Shown piece by piece: positions 12,736 through 26,236 of a stretch of 64,000 nucleotides of DNA. The notes under the pieces were generated by a model. It made no database searches. It was not told the origin of the DNA and worked only from the letters and a program-made list of their open reading frames with translations. Both the position numbers and the translations under genes were made by a program. Source of the DNA: Octopus vulgaris (lineage: Eukaryota); the NCBI GenBank assembly GCA_951406725.2, contig OX597817.1, positions 47,430,001-47,494,000 on the forward strand. Reading direction: 5' to 3'. Within the stretch, counting starts at the first letter, position 1. Each line of letters begins with the position of its first letter.

Positions 12736-13378
12736 CTTCTCTCACTTTTGTTGCTGTTATCGAAGATGGTATCGTGAGCGTGATCTTTATCTCTATTTAG
12801 TTAGCAGTAGAGTTTCCTTTTCCGACTGTTAGATGCCACCATCCACCAAAGGCCTAACAAAATTACGATCCACACCTTGTGTTTGACTACAGAGTGAAAA
12901 ACCAGTCATGTGTCCTTGCGAATTAAATGAAGTGAGTGGAACTGTTGATGAAATTGCCTAGATGAAAATAAAAATAAGCAAGACAAAACAAAAACAAGCA
13001 AAAAAAAACCATTCACAAAATGTGAAAAAAACAAAAAAGAACCTAACAAAAACAAAACACACGAAGTGTGAATAAAAATACATCAAACATTCAGTTGTAC
13101 ATGCAAACGCCAGCAACTCAATAACAAGCATTAATTTAAGTCTCCTGGTCTCTATGTTAATTAATTAGTCAACAACTGATGAGAGCTAAATATACAAGCA
13201 TGATGTCAACATGGCCTAGTTAATGGCTGATTAAACTGACTTCCTCCAGATCTATACAAAAATAAAATTTTCAAAAATTTCTGCATGCTTTTGAGTGGAT
13301 GTCATCCTTTTTAAAGCTGTTGTAACAAACTAAAGTGGAATAATGAACAAATTCTATCCAGCAACACTTCTCACCCTA

Positions 13379-13417
<39 letters not shown>

Positions 13418-13562
13418 CACACAAACATCAAATAAACCTCCACCGCTAAAATTATGCAATTTATTTTAACTTGATGAATGTATAAACCAAATCACCTTGG
13501 TTAATGCTCCCCTCTTAGCTGAAGGGGCTTTTGTCTTGCAAGTTACTTGGTGACCCTGTTGG

Positions 13563-13873
13563 TGTAGGTGCCATGAAAAAAATCCACCCATGCCAGTGTC
13601 ATGTAAAGAACAACCATGCTGGTATCACATGAAGGGCACCCATACTGGTGCCACATAAGATGCACCCTTGCCAGTTCCACATAAAAAGCACATTTAACAG
13701 TGCCTCAAAGAAAGCATCTATATCAGTATTATGTACAAAGCACACATGCTGGTACCACATATAAAGCATCCATGCTAGTGTCACATAAAAAGTAGCCGTG
13801 TCAGTGTCACATGCATAGCACCTGCACTGAAGCCACATAGAATGCACTAGTGTTGGTATCATGTAAAAAGCAC
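13563..13873 (+). repeat. Degenerate 26-bp minisatellite, about 12 units, within an RTE tail
   Basis: Unit approximates catgctggtgccacataaaaagcacc and runs into the family C tail. Confidence 0.8.
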
Positions 13874-13976
13874 CCAGTACACTTAGTGGTTAGCATTAGG
13901 AAGGGCATCCAGCCATGCCAAAAAAGACAACTGGAATTTGGTGCAGCACTCCAACTCACCAGACAGTTGTCAAACC

Positions 13977-14209
13977 TATTTCTTTACTACCCACAAGGGG
14001 CTAAACACAGAGAGGACAAACAAGGACAGACAAACAGATTAAGTCAATTATATCGACCCCAGTGTGTAACTGGTACTTATTTAATCGACCCCGAAAGGAT
14101 GAAAGGCAAAGTCGACCTCGGCGGAATTTGAACTAAGAACGTACCAGCAGACGAAATACTGCTAAGCATTTCGCCCGGCGTGATAACGTTTCTGCCAGCT
14201 CGCCGCCTT
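13977..14209 (-). mobile_element. Full-length SINE B inserted in an RTE tail
   Basis: TSD gaca(g/a)ttgtcaaacc at 13962-13976 and 14212-14226. Confidence 0.88.
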
Positions 14210-14726
14210 TTGACAATTGTCAAACCATCCAACCAATGCCAGCATGGAAAATGAAAGCTAACTGATGATGATGATGATTGTATCACTTCTGTATCACCTC
14301 TCTTATATTCACCTTCCTGTAACAAGAGAATACATATGACACATCTTTATCGTCATCTTCGCTCTGTTTTCAAATTTGAGTGACCATGTGTCTCCCCTAC
14401 AGCAAGTCACTCATACCTGTCTCTTCTATCACATACTTTGACCTCTCATCAACTGGCACAAAACCTCTTCCCTCAATACTACTCTCCTGCTTCAGTTGAG
14501 GGGGGGGGGTCTTGCCTTGCAAGTTATTTGGTGACCTCATTGCTGCTGGCATCATGCAAAAAAAAAAAAGGAAAACACCCAGTACACTCTGTAAAGTGGT
14601 TTGTGTTAGGAATGGCATGAAGCCTTAGAAAACATACTAAAACAGACAGTGGAGCTTAGTGCAGTCCTCTGGCTCAGCAGCTCCTGTCAAACCATCCAAC
14701 ATAAAAAAGAAAAAAATCAACATTAA

Positions 14727-14999
14727 ATGATGTTGATGTCGATGATGGTGGTGATGGTGATGATGATGATGATGAAAATGATAATGATGCTGATGATGAT
14801 GGTAGTGATGATGATGATGATGATGGTAATGATGATGATGATGATGGTAGTGATGATGATGATGACAATGATGATGATGATGATGATGGTAGTGATGATG
14901 ATGATGACAATGATGATGATGATGTAGTGATGATGATGATAGTGATGATGATGATGATGATGATGGTAGTGATGATGATGATGGTGGTGATGATGATGG

Positions 15000-15034
<35 letters not shown>

Positions 15035-15130
15035 GTAGTGATGATGATGATGGTAGTGATGATGATGATGATGATGGTAGTGATGATGATGATGATGATG
15101 ATGGTAGTGATGATGATGATGATGATGGTG
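14727..15130. repeat. (GAT)n/(GGT) tract of about 400 bp extending from an RTE tail
   Basis: Follows cattaaatgatg, the family C terminus. Confidence 0.95.
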
Positions 15131-15904
15131 TAAACATGTACAAAGCTTGTGAGGCCAACATGAGATTCCACAGCTGAGATGAAGGTGAATTATGGTTTCA
15201 ATCATTCCTCACAGAAAGCTCGAGCAAGATGCATTACTACCGCTATGCTCTTCAACTCTTGTCAGCATCGATGTGAGTTGGTGCCATTATGGTTCCTTAA
15301 TTGGGAGAAGATACTTACAAAAGAACAAAAAGAAAAAAAAAACCTCTGGCTATTTAGAATAATTGATTACAACAAGCTAATTACGTGCTGTCCTCTATGT
15401 GACCACATGACTTGCAGGAAATATCAGACAAATCTATTGAAATTTCACATTACGATGTTACAATCAAGAAGAATACACCAGAGAATTCAGACCTAGATAC
15501 ACTGTCTGAATGGTCACAATTAGAGTGTCTTTGATCACTGGTTTGATCATAGATCAGGAGCTGAACAACAACAATTAAATAACATCGTCAAATATGTACG
15601 TATTAAACATCGTTGACCTCCAATACAAAGTGGAAGTGACTTTTATAAATATAACATCATTTTATATGAGTGACTACTAAGATTAATTAAAGTGAGTTAA
15701 TTACCATTTTATAGAGTATTTTATAAACATAAAACAGCATTCCTTACAATTTCCATAGACATTCATTTACACATTTAATGTAAATAATACCTTGTGCTAA
15801 GGAGGGAGCCTATGTAAACGAAGATTAATTAAACTGACTTAATTAACATTTTATAGTTTATTTTATAAACATAAAATACAATGTTGTTAAATATGTATTT
15901 TTTT

Positions 15905-16395
15905 TTGTCTTTTTTACTTGTTTCAGTCATTAGACTGTGGCCATGCTGGGGCAACACCTTGAAGAATTTTTAGTAGAATGAATCGACCCCCAGCAATTTT
16001 TTTAAGGCTTGGTAATTATTCTATTGGTTACTTTTACCGATCCAAGAACACCAACACAGGTTATGAAGCAGTGATTGGGGACAAACACTGACACAAAGAT
16101 ACATACACAGATATATATATGTATATGTATATATGTATATATATATATATATATATAATATATCTGTGTATGCATTTGTTATTTGTGTCTGTGTTTGTCC
16201 CCACCACCATCGCTTGACAACCGATGTTGGTGTATTTATGTCCCCCGTAACTTAGCGGTCCAGCAAAAATAGACTGATAGAATAACTACTAGGCTTACAA
16301 ATAATAAATCCTGGGGTTGATTTGTTCAAATGAAGGCGGTGCTCCAGCATGGCCACAGTCAAATGACTGAAACAAGTAAAAAAGAATAAAAGAAT
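15905..16395. mobile_element. Two SINE A 3' halves in inverted orientation around (TA)n
   Basis: 15905-16110 on minus and 16165-16395 on plus. Confidence 0.85.
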
Positions 16396-17659
16396 ACATC
16401 TAAAGCCAAATACTTTCAGAGGCCCTTAAAATACTATTGTGGATCCCTAATTTACTATTTTGTTACGTGGACCCCCAAAAATATTTCATGGACCCTGGCT
16501 AAGAACCACTGATTTGGACCATCAACAGTTTAGTGTTTCTGCATACCACTACACATTACGCAACAATGCCAGTAGCAACAAAATCTTTATTCTCTGAAAT
16601 AGAAAGATTATTAAAACAGGAGACAGTTCTATGAATAAAACATGATCCTCGAATATGTGGTTAAAATAAACGTTAAGGAAAAAAAAGACAGAAGGAAATA
16701 TCTAAGAAGTATCCCATTAAACTGCTCAAAGACCTGCACAATAGTTTAATTAACCTAATTGGGGAAGGTTGATATAGAAGTGGAAAGAGGTTAAATGAAT
16801 ATTGAACCAAGACGCTGTTACACGTTTAGCATTTGAACGTAGCTGATAATCGAACTTCTTAGAGGAAGATTTCTCTAATGAAAATTCATCAACTCAACAC
16901 ACCTGTCATTTTATATCTTAATTCATAAATAATTTGAATTATGGGAAAAGAACATGGACCCTCATGATAAAATAAATGAAGAGACCTGCAAAGGGCTAAT
17001 CCTTTAGTGTTTGCATTATTCTACCAAAATTAATTCTTTTTCATCCACTTTGTTTTGAACTAATCATACATTGTCTCGTAGCTATGAGATTTTGATGAGG
17101 TAGCTGTTAATTTTGAAAACGATATTGTAGGGTTGGTGGGAGAGGTCAGACCTGGTCAGTTTGAACATAAAACAGGCAGAATACTTTTGGCCGGATATGG
17201 CCGGTTTAAATGCTAAAGGGTTAAAGCTAACAAACAGCAACAACCTCATCCAAGAGTATTAGATTCTTATGGGAAGGTGACATGGCTCCTAAGACAAAAG
17301 CAACAGGTGGGGACCTGTTTTCCATGTTGCATCCAGCTTCAGACTGAAATATGTACGTGGACCCAAAGGGAAGACACATTTTCCCAGAGAGGGTAAGGAG
17401 AGACATAAACTATAATAAAACTGCAATAAAAATGCAATAAAAATACAATGAAAATAAAGTTAAAGGGTGTACAAGATTCTGTAGACAAATTCAATACAGG
17501 TGTCATAATTTTTTATGGTTTTCGTTCTCCTGCAAGAATTCATTTGAACAACATAGAGCTCTGAATGGAGAAAGGAAGAAGATTGAGGATGGAATACTTA
17601 CGGAATGAGGTGGGGTGGGATGGAGAGAAACAATATGTTCTTCCTAATCAAGAATGCAA

Positions 17660-17890
17660 TGTAGACACATGCGACATTTCTCACCAGCTGAAGGAAACTG
17701 AATATCAGGACACGGTCATCAAGGCCCTTGTCAAAGGATGGCACTGTGACCTTATTCCTTATTGAAGTTGATTGCATTGGGCTTTTCAGCTAGACTGCTG
17801 CATTATTTCCTGCAGAAGATTCGCCTGGAACCCAAACGAGTGAAGAAAGTCACCAAGGAGACAGGCATGGCAACCAAAAACCAGTTCAAG
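17660..17890 (+). mobile_element. Degenerate RLE-type non-LTR element C-terminus (Hero/NeSL-like)
   Basis: With one frameshift reads EYQDTVIKALVKGWHCDLIP/IEVDCIG, resembling KY..L......GW.....PIEVGCRG. Confidence 0.45.
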
Positions 17891-18589
17891 GCTGTTGTTG
17901 TTGTTGTAGAAGAAGGAGAAGAAGAGGAAGTGGAGGAAGAAGATGGAGGAAAGGAGTGGGAGGAGGAGGAGAAGAAAGAGAAGATGAAGAAGAAGAAGAA
18001 CAACAACAACAACAAGAAAAAGAAAAAGAAGAAGAAAAAGAAAAAGAAGAAAAAGAAGAAGAAGAAACAGTAGGGAGAAACCTTCTGCAGACAAAGACTA
18101 TTTCAGTCCTCGTGACCCAACTCCAACAAAGTATACAGGTTACGGGGTGAACTGCTTATGATAACCTCCTGAAGATATGGAAAGATGTCTGACACCGTGA
18201 TGGATTCAGAAGAGCTTGCAACATCTCTGAGTAGCTCCTGCAGTTTCCATATGAGGCAGAGCATTTCGCCAGTGGTTTTGTAGTGAAAACACAAGGGTGC
18301 TAAATTCAGATTTATTTTAGCTGTTATAATTGTAGTTGGTGAGAGGGTACATAGAGCAGGGACAAGCCCAGAAAGGCTTTAGATGAGAATGTTTACACCA
18401 GACTTTATAGGGGTGGAAGGATGGGTGAATTGAGTTAAAGGCATATTAAGCCAGCATTGGAGGGATTAATAATTTGTACCCAATCAACAGGGACAGTTAT
18501 GGATATGACAAGCCATTTACTGTCATCAAGTGAATCCACTTAAAACCCAATAGATACCAGATCATCGTTGTCATCATCATTATCACTTA

Positions 18590-19350
18590 ACACCAACCAA
18601 AATCAAATTCAAATTCAATAACTGGCATCCGTGCTAGCGGGGTGCAAAGCGCACCATACGAATGTGATCGTTGACAGAGTGACTGACCAGCTTCCGTGCC
18701 AGTGGCACATAAAAGGCACCATTCGAGTGTGATTGTTACTAGCGTCGCCTTACTGGCACTTGTGCCCATGCTAGTAGGGTGCCAAGAGTACCATCCCAGC
18801 ATGATCATTGCCAGAGCAGCTAATTGGCTTCCGTGCCGGTGGCACATAAAATGGCTCCATTCGAGCAAGATCGTTACCAGCATTGCCTTACTGGCACCTG
18901 TGCCGGTGGCATGTGTAAAAAGATTCAAGCTAGGTCATTGCCAGTACCGCCTGACTGGCCCCCGTGCCGGTGACACGTAAAAAGCACCCACTACACTCTC
19001 AGAGTGGTTGACGTTAGGAAGGGCATCCAGCTGTAGAAACTCTGCCAGATCGAGATTGGAGCCTGGTGCAGCCATCTGGTTCACCAGCCCTTAGTCAAAA
19101 TCGTCCAATCCATGCTAGCATGGAAAGCAGACATTAAACAATGACGACAATGATGATCCATTTTTCATGCTAGTATGGGTAGGATGGCTTGGCAAGAACT
19201 GGCAAGCCAGAGTGCTACATCAGGTTTCAGTTACCCACTTTGATAAAGTTTCTATGGTTGGATGCCCTTCCTAACACCAACCATTTTAGCCCACTGTATG
19301 CTTCTTATTTGGTGCCAGCAGAGGTACTTTTTACATAGCACCAGCACAAA
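18590..19350. mobile_element. RTE long 3' UTR on plus (18590-19155) abutting an inverted RTE tail (19156-19350)
   Basis: Internal subrepeats and terminal gatga tail; the second copy is the reverse complement. Confidence 0.82.
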
Positions 19351-19859
19351 TGATATAACTCACCACTGTAAACTACAGAAGCATTATTAGTTCACAGTCA
19401 TGCATGTAGGACTACGATTAATTCCTCCCTTTGGCCCAATATATTCTTTGGATTTAGGAAAAGATCAGAATTTCTAACAGGAAATAGCATAAACTTGAAG
19501 ATAGTGGAACAAGTCCAATAGAGAATGTGTTTTAGTACAGATTTGATTAGACTATGCTATCATAGAACTGCAGATATTGGTGATGGTGATGATGATGACT
19601 AATTACAATGATAGGATAGTGGTGGTATTGGTGGTGGAGGTATAGGTGACAGAGATGGGAAAGATGATGGTAATCACGAATGTGGTGTTAGTAATGATAA
19701 AAGTGATGATGATGATGATGATGATGGTGGTGGTGGCGGCGGCGGCAGTGGTGCTGACTATAAAATTCAATTTAGAAGGAAAGTGACATTGCTAGGATTT
19801 CTGTGAAGTATCACATTAAAAGTTGAATACAAGCCAAATACATACAGTAAAGTACAGAA

Positions 19860-20035
19860 AGTTTGTGTGTGTGTGTGCATTTAAGTAAGTGTGTATGTAA
19901 ATGTGTACGCAGGTGTACGCATGCATTGTGCATGCGCATGCAGTGTGTGGTGTGCATATATGTTAATTGAAATCTATAAATTTATTACAAGTATCCCATT
20001 CATACTTGCTTGGAACACTCGATAGTAAAATAGTA

Positions 20036-20075
<40 letters not shown>

Positions 20076-20130
20076 CACATATACATGTATACACACATAT
20101 ACACATACATCTATATACATAAATATATAC

Positions 20131-20166
<36 letters not shown>

Positions 20167-20565
20167 CATATACATATATATACACACACACACCATATAC
20201 ATATATATACATACATACATATTCATACATACATACATATTCATACATACATACATATTCATACATACATACGTATTCATACATACATACATATATATAT
20301 ATATACATATATTTTCATACATATACATACATACATACACACATATATTGATAGATAGATATACATGCATACATACACACATACATGTATATATCCTTAC
20401 ACATGAACACATGCATCTTTACATACATATCTGCATGTACATATCTAATTATACAAATATGCCTGCAAACATATTTACATATCTCTATAACACACACACA
20501 CATACATGTGTATGTGTCTTTATATGTATGCATACTTATCTGCATACACACACACACACACACAT
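19860..20565. repeat. (CA)/(TA)/(CATA) compound microsatellite
   Basis: Direct reading. Confidence 0.95.
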
Positions 20566-20994
20566 AGCACCTAGCTAAGACCAAAAAACACTAATGTAAC
20601 CCTTACCTTCTTCACAGACAATCTAAATATCTACACTGTAAATATCCATAATGCTGAGAAACAGCTGGTTTTTAATAACGTTTTCAGCTGATATAGGAAT
20701 GGAAATTGGCCAAAAGACATGTTCATAAATGATGAAAAGCTGCTTCTCAAACCAAAACCATTCACACTAACAGACTTTCTCTCCATTTCTCTGGCTCCGT
20801 GTAATAAGCGCTACAAATACCTATTGACAAAAATATACATTATACAGGAGCAGTGGCCAAAGACTATATTCCATCAGATTTTAAAACTGAGGCAATCTGG
20901 ACTTTTATTATTCTGCAATCATTTATGATACCAGAATTAATATTATACCAGTAATTTTTTTCCCAATAACAATAAAAGGAGTCCAAACTTAATA

Positions 20995-21603
20995 TTGGTT
21001 TCAAGTTTTGGCAGGATTACATCAACCCAATGTACAATTGGTACTTCATCTTCGAAAGGATGAAAAGTAAAATCGACCTCAGAGGAATTTGAACTCAGAA
21101 ATAAACATTTCAAATTTCAGTACAATGCCTGCAATTTTAGCAGAAGGGACCAAGTCAATTACGTCAATCTCAGTGTTCAACTGGTGTTTATTTTATCAAC
21201 TTTAAAAGGATGGATGGCGAAGTTGACCTTGCCGTATTTGAACTCAGAACATATATGTTTCAATTTTTGGTACAAGACCAGCGATAGTGTTCAATTGGTA
21301 CTTATTTTATGAAAAGCAAAATGACCCCTGGTGACATTTGAACCCAGAACATAAAAACAGACGAAATACCTATTTCTTTACTACCCTCAAGTGGCTAAAC
21401 ACAGAGAGGACAAACAAGGATAGACAAACAGATTAAGTCGATTATATCGACCCCAGTGCGTAACTGGTACTTATTTTATCAACCACGAAAGAATGAAAAG
21501 CAAAATGACTCCTGGTGACATTTGAACCCAGAACATAAAAATAGACAAAATACCACTAAGCATTTTTTCCCCGAGTGGTAACAGTTCTGCCAGCTTGCCA
21601 CTT
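20995..21603 (-). mobile_element. Head-to-tail cluster of about four SINE B pieces
   Basis: Repeated ggtactt...aggatgaaa...atttgaac(t/c)cagaa. Confidence 0.75.
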
Positions 21604-21739
21604 TGAGCCCAAAACTTAATATCAACAGAAAGCTTCCAGAACAATATTCACAAAGAAGCTTAAACTCAATCTAGACAACAAACTAGTGTTGTGTGCCATC
21701 TTTCAGATAGAATTGGTTATAAAAAAAAAAAAAAGCAGT

Positions 21740-22545
21740 AGCAAAATAAATATATCATCTAAATGCTCTAAAGATAAAGAAGACATCATCTTACAAGGTG
21801 GGGATGAATTCCTCAAGTGTTCCATTCTGAAGATGCCCCAAGCAACCTCAAAATTGTTAAGCAGATCAAACCCCAAGAATAGAAGCACTCCGCATATCAA
21901 CGAATGCATGGGTACATTAAAGAAAATTTAATGATAATAATGGTTTCAAATTTTGGCACAAGGCCAAGAATTTCGGAGGAAGGGTATAAGTTATTTACAT
22001 CAACCCCAGTGTTTAACTGGTATTTATTTTATCAACCCCAAATAACGAAAGGCAAAGTAAACCTCAACAACATTCGAACTTAGAACGTAAAGATGGATGA
22101 AATACCCCAAATTATTTTATCCAATGCATTAATGATTCTGCCAGCTCGCTGCCTTAAATTTGATGTTTATAATGACACAAAGATCTTTTCTGGATTTATG
22201 ACTGCTTCATCACTTGTCTTTTGAAGATTATGCTTTTGCTTGCCAAGAAACATCAAAGTCCTTACACTCCCAAGAGGCAAATGAAAAATTTGACTTTGCT
22301 GTATATTTGAAGTAAACATCACATGACCAGCAGCTGCCAAAAGAAATGCCGTTAGGGATTGCTTTGACATGCAGCATGATGTTGTTGCTAAAGCAATGTG
22401 AAGTGCCATTCATAGAAAGGAGGAGTACCTTCGGATCTACAAGAGTATTACAAATATTGAAAATAATTCCATATTTCAATGCAAGGTATATTCTTGGGAC
22501 ATTCTTGGTCAACCATTGGACAAATACAAACATAATACATTTAAC
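21740..22545 (+). mobile_element. R4/Dong-like non-LTR fragment split by SINE B (21935-22156, minus)
   Basis: Plus frame reads QHDVVAKAM*SAIHRK...YSWDILGQPLDKYKHN, matching the RHDxVA...WD...HNRPD region before the restriction-like endonuclease. Confidence 0.55.
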
Positions 22546-22547
22546 AT

Positions 22548-22900
22548 AGGTGATATCAAAAAGTTCCCAGACTAATTTTGTAGCATGCCAACAGATGGCG
22601 GCACATGGTTGCATGCAAAGTGAGAGCTGGGAGTGACCTTTATGAGGCAGTGCACTTCATGAGGCACTGCACTTCATGAGGCACTGCACTTCATGAGGAG
22701 TGACCTTCATGAGGCAGAACACACCAACTGATGTTGGTGTGTTCATGTCCCCGTAACTTAGCGGTTCGGCAAAAGAGACCGATAGAATAAGTACTAGGCT
22801 TACAAAGAATAAGTACTGGGGTCGATTTGTTCGACTAAAGGCTGTGCTCCAGCATGGCCATATTCAAATGACTGAAACAAACAAAAGAAAAGAAAGTAAA
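22548..22900 (+). mobile_element. Composite: mariner-like terminus, 17-bp tandem (catgaggcactgcactt) and SINE A tail
   Basis: tcaaaaagttcccagact start; SINE A 3' half from about 22725. Confidence 0.55.
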
Positions 22901-23144
22901 AGAAACTCAACATTATTAGGAACTGTATTAAAAAAAAAATTGTTAAAATATTTTGTACATTGTAGAAATATAACCAATTTATTGCAGATAGATTTTAACA
23001 AGGAAAATCTTCTGTGAACTCCCAAGGGTCATTTGGACCCCAGTGGAGAACCACTGAGTTAGATGGTGGAGCTCTGCTTTGTGACAGCCCCCACCATCAC
23101 TATGAAAAGATTTTAAAAAGGGACTGAGCAAATTATCAACTTAC

Positions 23145-23181
23145 CTCATAATGCAACATGAAGTTCTTATCTTTAATATCG
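23145..23181 (-). CDS. PNPT1: PNPT1 internal exon, 37 nt
   Basis: ttttctctcattacag|C GAT ATT...TAT GAG|gtaagt; DIKDKNFMLHYE; phase 2 start matches the 59-nt exon. Confidence 0.96.
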
Positions 23182-23566
23182 CTGTAATGAGAGAAAAGTA
23201 TAAAATAGTTAAAAGTTAAACATGAGAGCAGAATATGTACTGCTTTACTGCAGCGATCATCATCATCATCAACATCATCTTCATCATTGATTTTTAATGC
23301 CCACTCATTTTTTTCATGCTTGCATGAGTTAGATGCAATTTTGCTGAGGTAGATCTCCTACAGTCAGATGCTCTTCTCGTTACAAAACGACACCTGTTTC
23401 CAAGTAAGGTCATATTACATTTCCCCCAAGACTCATATTACATTTCCCCCAAGACTAGGAATAAGAGACATTACTTACATAACACAGACATCTGTGTACA
23501 ACTACCATGCAATATCAAGAATCATGACACGGAGACAGTGACACACATAAACATATATATACACAA

Positions 23567-24236
23567 CATTTGAGCATGGTCGTTGCCAGTGCCGCCAGAC
23601 TGGCTCCCATGCAGGTAGCATGTAAAAACACCTTTTGAGCATGGTCATTGCCAGAACCACCTGACTGGCCCTCATGCCAGTGACACATAAAAAGCACCCA
23701 CTACACTCTCGGAGTGGTTGGTGTTAGGAAGGGCATCCAGCTGTAGAAACCTTGCCAGATCAGATTGAGCCTGGTGCAACCTCTGGCTCACCAGTCCTCA
23801 GTCAAACCATCCAACCTATGCCAGCATGGAAAGCGAACATTAAACCATATCTAAATCTACTCTTTCTCTCTCTCCCTCTCACACACACACACACACACAA
23901 CACATGCATACTTTTTTCATATCACTAAGGCGACATGTAAAAAGCACCATCCGAATGTGGTCAATATCATCCCCACCACAGCCCCGACTGGCCCCTGTGC
24001 CACTAGCATGTAAAAAGCGCCATCTAAACTTGGTCAGTAACAGTGCCACCTGACTGGTGGCACGTAAAAAGCATCCACTACACTCTCGGAGTGGTTGGCA
24101 TTAGGAAGGGCATCCAGCTGTAGAAACACTGCCAAATCAGATCGGAGCCTGGTGTGGCCTCCTGGCTTGCCAGTCCCCAGTCAAACTGTCCAACCCACGC
24201 CAGCATGGAAAGCGGATGTTAAATGATGATGATGAT
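23567..24236 (+). mobile_element. Two RTE 3' tails (23567-23845, 23928-24236)
   Basis: Family C consensus. Confidence 0.82.
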
Positions 24237-24245
24237 ATCAACAAA

Positions 24246-24495
24246 GGCGCACGGCTTAGTGGTTATTACTAGCGGCACACTGTGTCCTTGAGCAAGACAC
24301 TTTATTCTGCATTGCTCCAGTCCACTCAGCTGGCAAAAATGAGTAGTACCCGTAGTTCAAAGACCCAGCCTTGTCACATCCTGTATCATGCTGAATCTCC
24401 CTGAGGGTATGCGTGTCTGTGGAGTGCTCAGCCACTTGCACATTAATTATACAAGCAAGCTGTTCTATAGACCAGATGAACCGACAGAGTGCCAT
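24246..24495 (+). mobile_element. SINE family G variant with internal deletion
   Basis: Shares the 3' half (gctgaatctccc...gtggagtgctcagccacttgca) with 47423-47812. Confidence 0.7.
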
Positions 24496-24878
24496 ATATA
24501 ATTCAACATGGAATTTTACCATTCTTCAATGACAAAATGTCAACAAACTGACTCAGTTCATTACCTTATTGTGGGCAGTGAATAAACATGTTTGTCATCT
24601 TTTTTTTTCTTTTTGATAATGTATCTTTTTTCATTAAATTAAAAAGTTCCAAGAATCAGAAGCTTGATAAAAGAAATTTAAAGAATAAAATGAATATTTC
24701 CAGGGTATATTTTATTATTTTATTTTATTTTTTTATCTTGCTACAATAATAACTATAATCATTATTAATATCATTATTATTATTATTATCATCATCATCT
24801 TTATCATCATTATTATTTGTTAGTTGTTTCAAAACAGTTGAACATATTTTTCACAGAATTAGATAAATATATTTCTTC

Positions 24879-24925
<47 letters not shown>

Positions 24926-25994
24926 GAAAAAAAATTAACAAATTAGTTTTTAGAAATTAAGAAAACAAAAATAGTTTGTACACAAATAGCTAGTAATTCA
25001 AATTAGTGGTATTTATTTGTATACTGGACTTCTTTGAATTTTTTTTTTTTTGTTCTATCCGTCCTATTTTGTGTAGGTTTATGTTAAGTTTTTTGTAAAT
25101 TCATTTTTACCTTCTAACTTCTTGTTTTGATCTTAGCTTTAAATAGGAATAAAAAAGAGGTATTAACATTAGCATAGAAAAATGCCTGGAAAATTTACCA
25201 TTCTATGTAAAAAATAGTAGAAAATATTACAAATAGTTACTGTTTTAACATACCAGCATATAGATAAACATGTAACCATATACATGCATGCTCATGTAAG
25301 CACATACTGACACACAAACATGTATTTAGACACGTATATATATGTATATGCTGAGAGGGTTCTTTCTTGGGACTTGAGCAAAGGTCTTCGCAGACCATCA
25401 TGGGTGCTCCCGAGCCACCATCCCTATAAAAGAGAAGGGAAACTTGCTATCAAAACCCTGATCTATACCTAAAATGGTCTATTGGAATTGATACCATACT
25501 GTTCTGGGTATAAACCAGTAAGGGAAGCTAAGCCTAATATTTTCAATTTGGTCTCCAATCATTTTCACATTTGACAGGTGTTCCATTGTGCACCTGCACA
25601 ATACATACATACAATGGGGTTCTTTCAGTTTCTGCTGACCAAATTCACTTATAAGGCTTTGGTCAGCCCAGGACTATAATAGAAGACTTGCTTAAGGTGA
25701 CATGCAGTAGGGGTGGCCCCAAGACCACATGGTTGAGAATCTAGCTTTTTAAGAACCCATGCCTTGTGCACATACACACTTATCTCCCTTACACAAATAT
25801 ACAATTTTAATACGTGTGTGTGTGTGAGAGAGAGTACGTGCATGTGTGCTTGTTTGTCCTGCCCACCTACTCATTAGTTGACAATGAGAGTTTGTTTGTT
25901 TACATCCTTGTAATACAGCAGTTTGGCAAAAAAAAAAAGACCAATACAAGAAGTGCCAGACTAAAAAAATTAGAATTAAGATGAATTCATTTGA

Positions 25995-26236
25995 TTAAAC
26001 CCTTCAAAGCAGTGCCCCAGCATGGCCACAGTCCAAAGACTGAAACAAGTAGAAGATCAAAGATAAAGAAGAAGGAGGTTAACACCTTTCAAGGTGGTGC
26101 TCCAGCATGGCCACAGTCCAAAGACTGAAACAAGTGAAAGATCAAATATAAAGAAGAAGGAGGCTAACACCCTTCAAGGTGTTTTCCTCAGCATGGCCAC
26201 AGTCCGATGACTGAATCAAGTAAAAGATAAAAGATA
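25995..26236 (+). repeat. SINE A terminal segment triplicated, period 85-86 bp
   Basis: cagcatggcc at about 26018, 26103 and 26189. Confidence 0.85.

Noticed and set aside
20607-20809. Minus-strand segment with a strong GAAG|gtaagg donor
   Set aside because: Stops in all three frames; no coding support.
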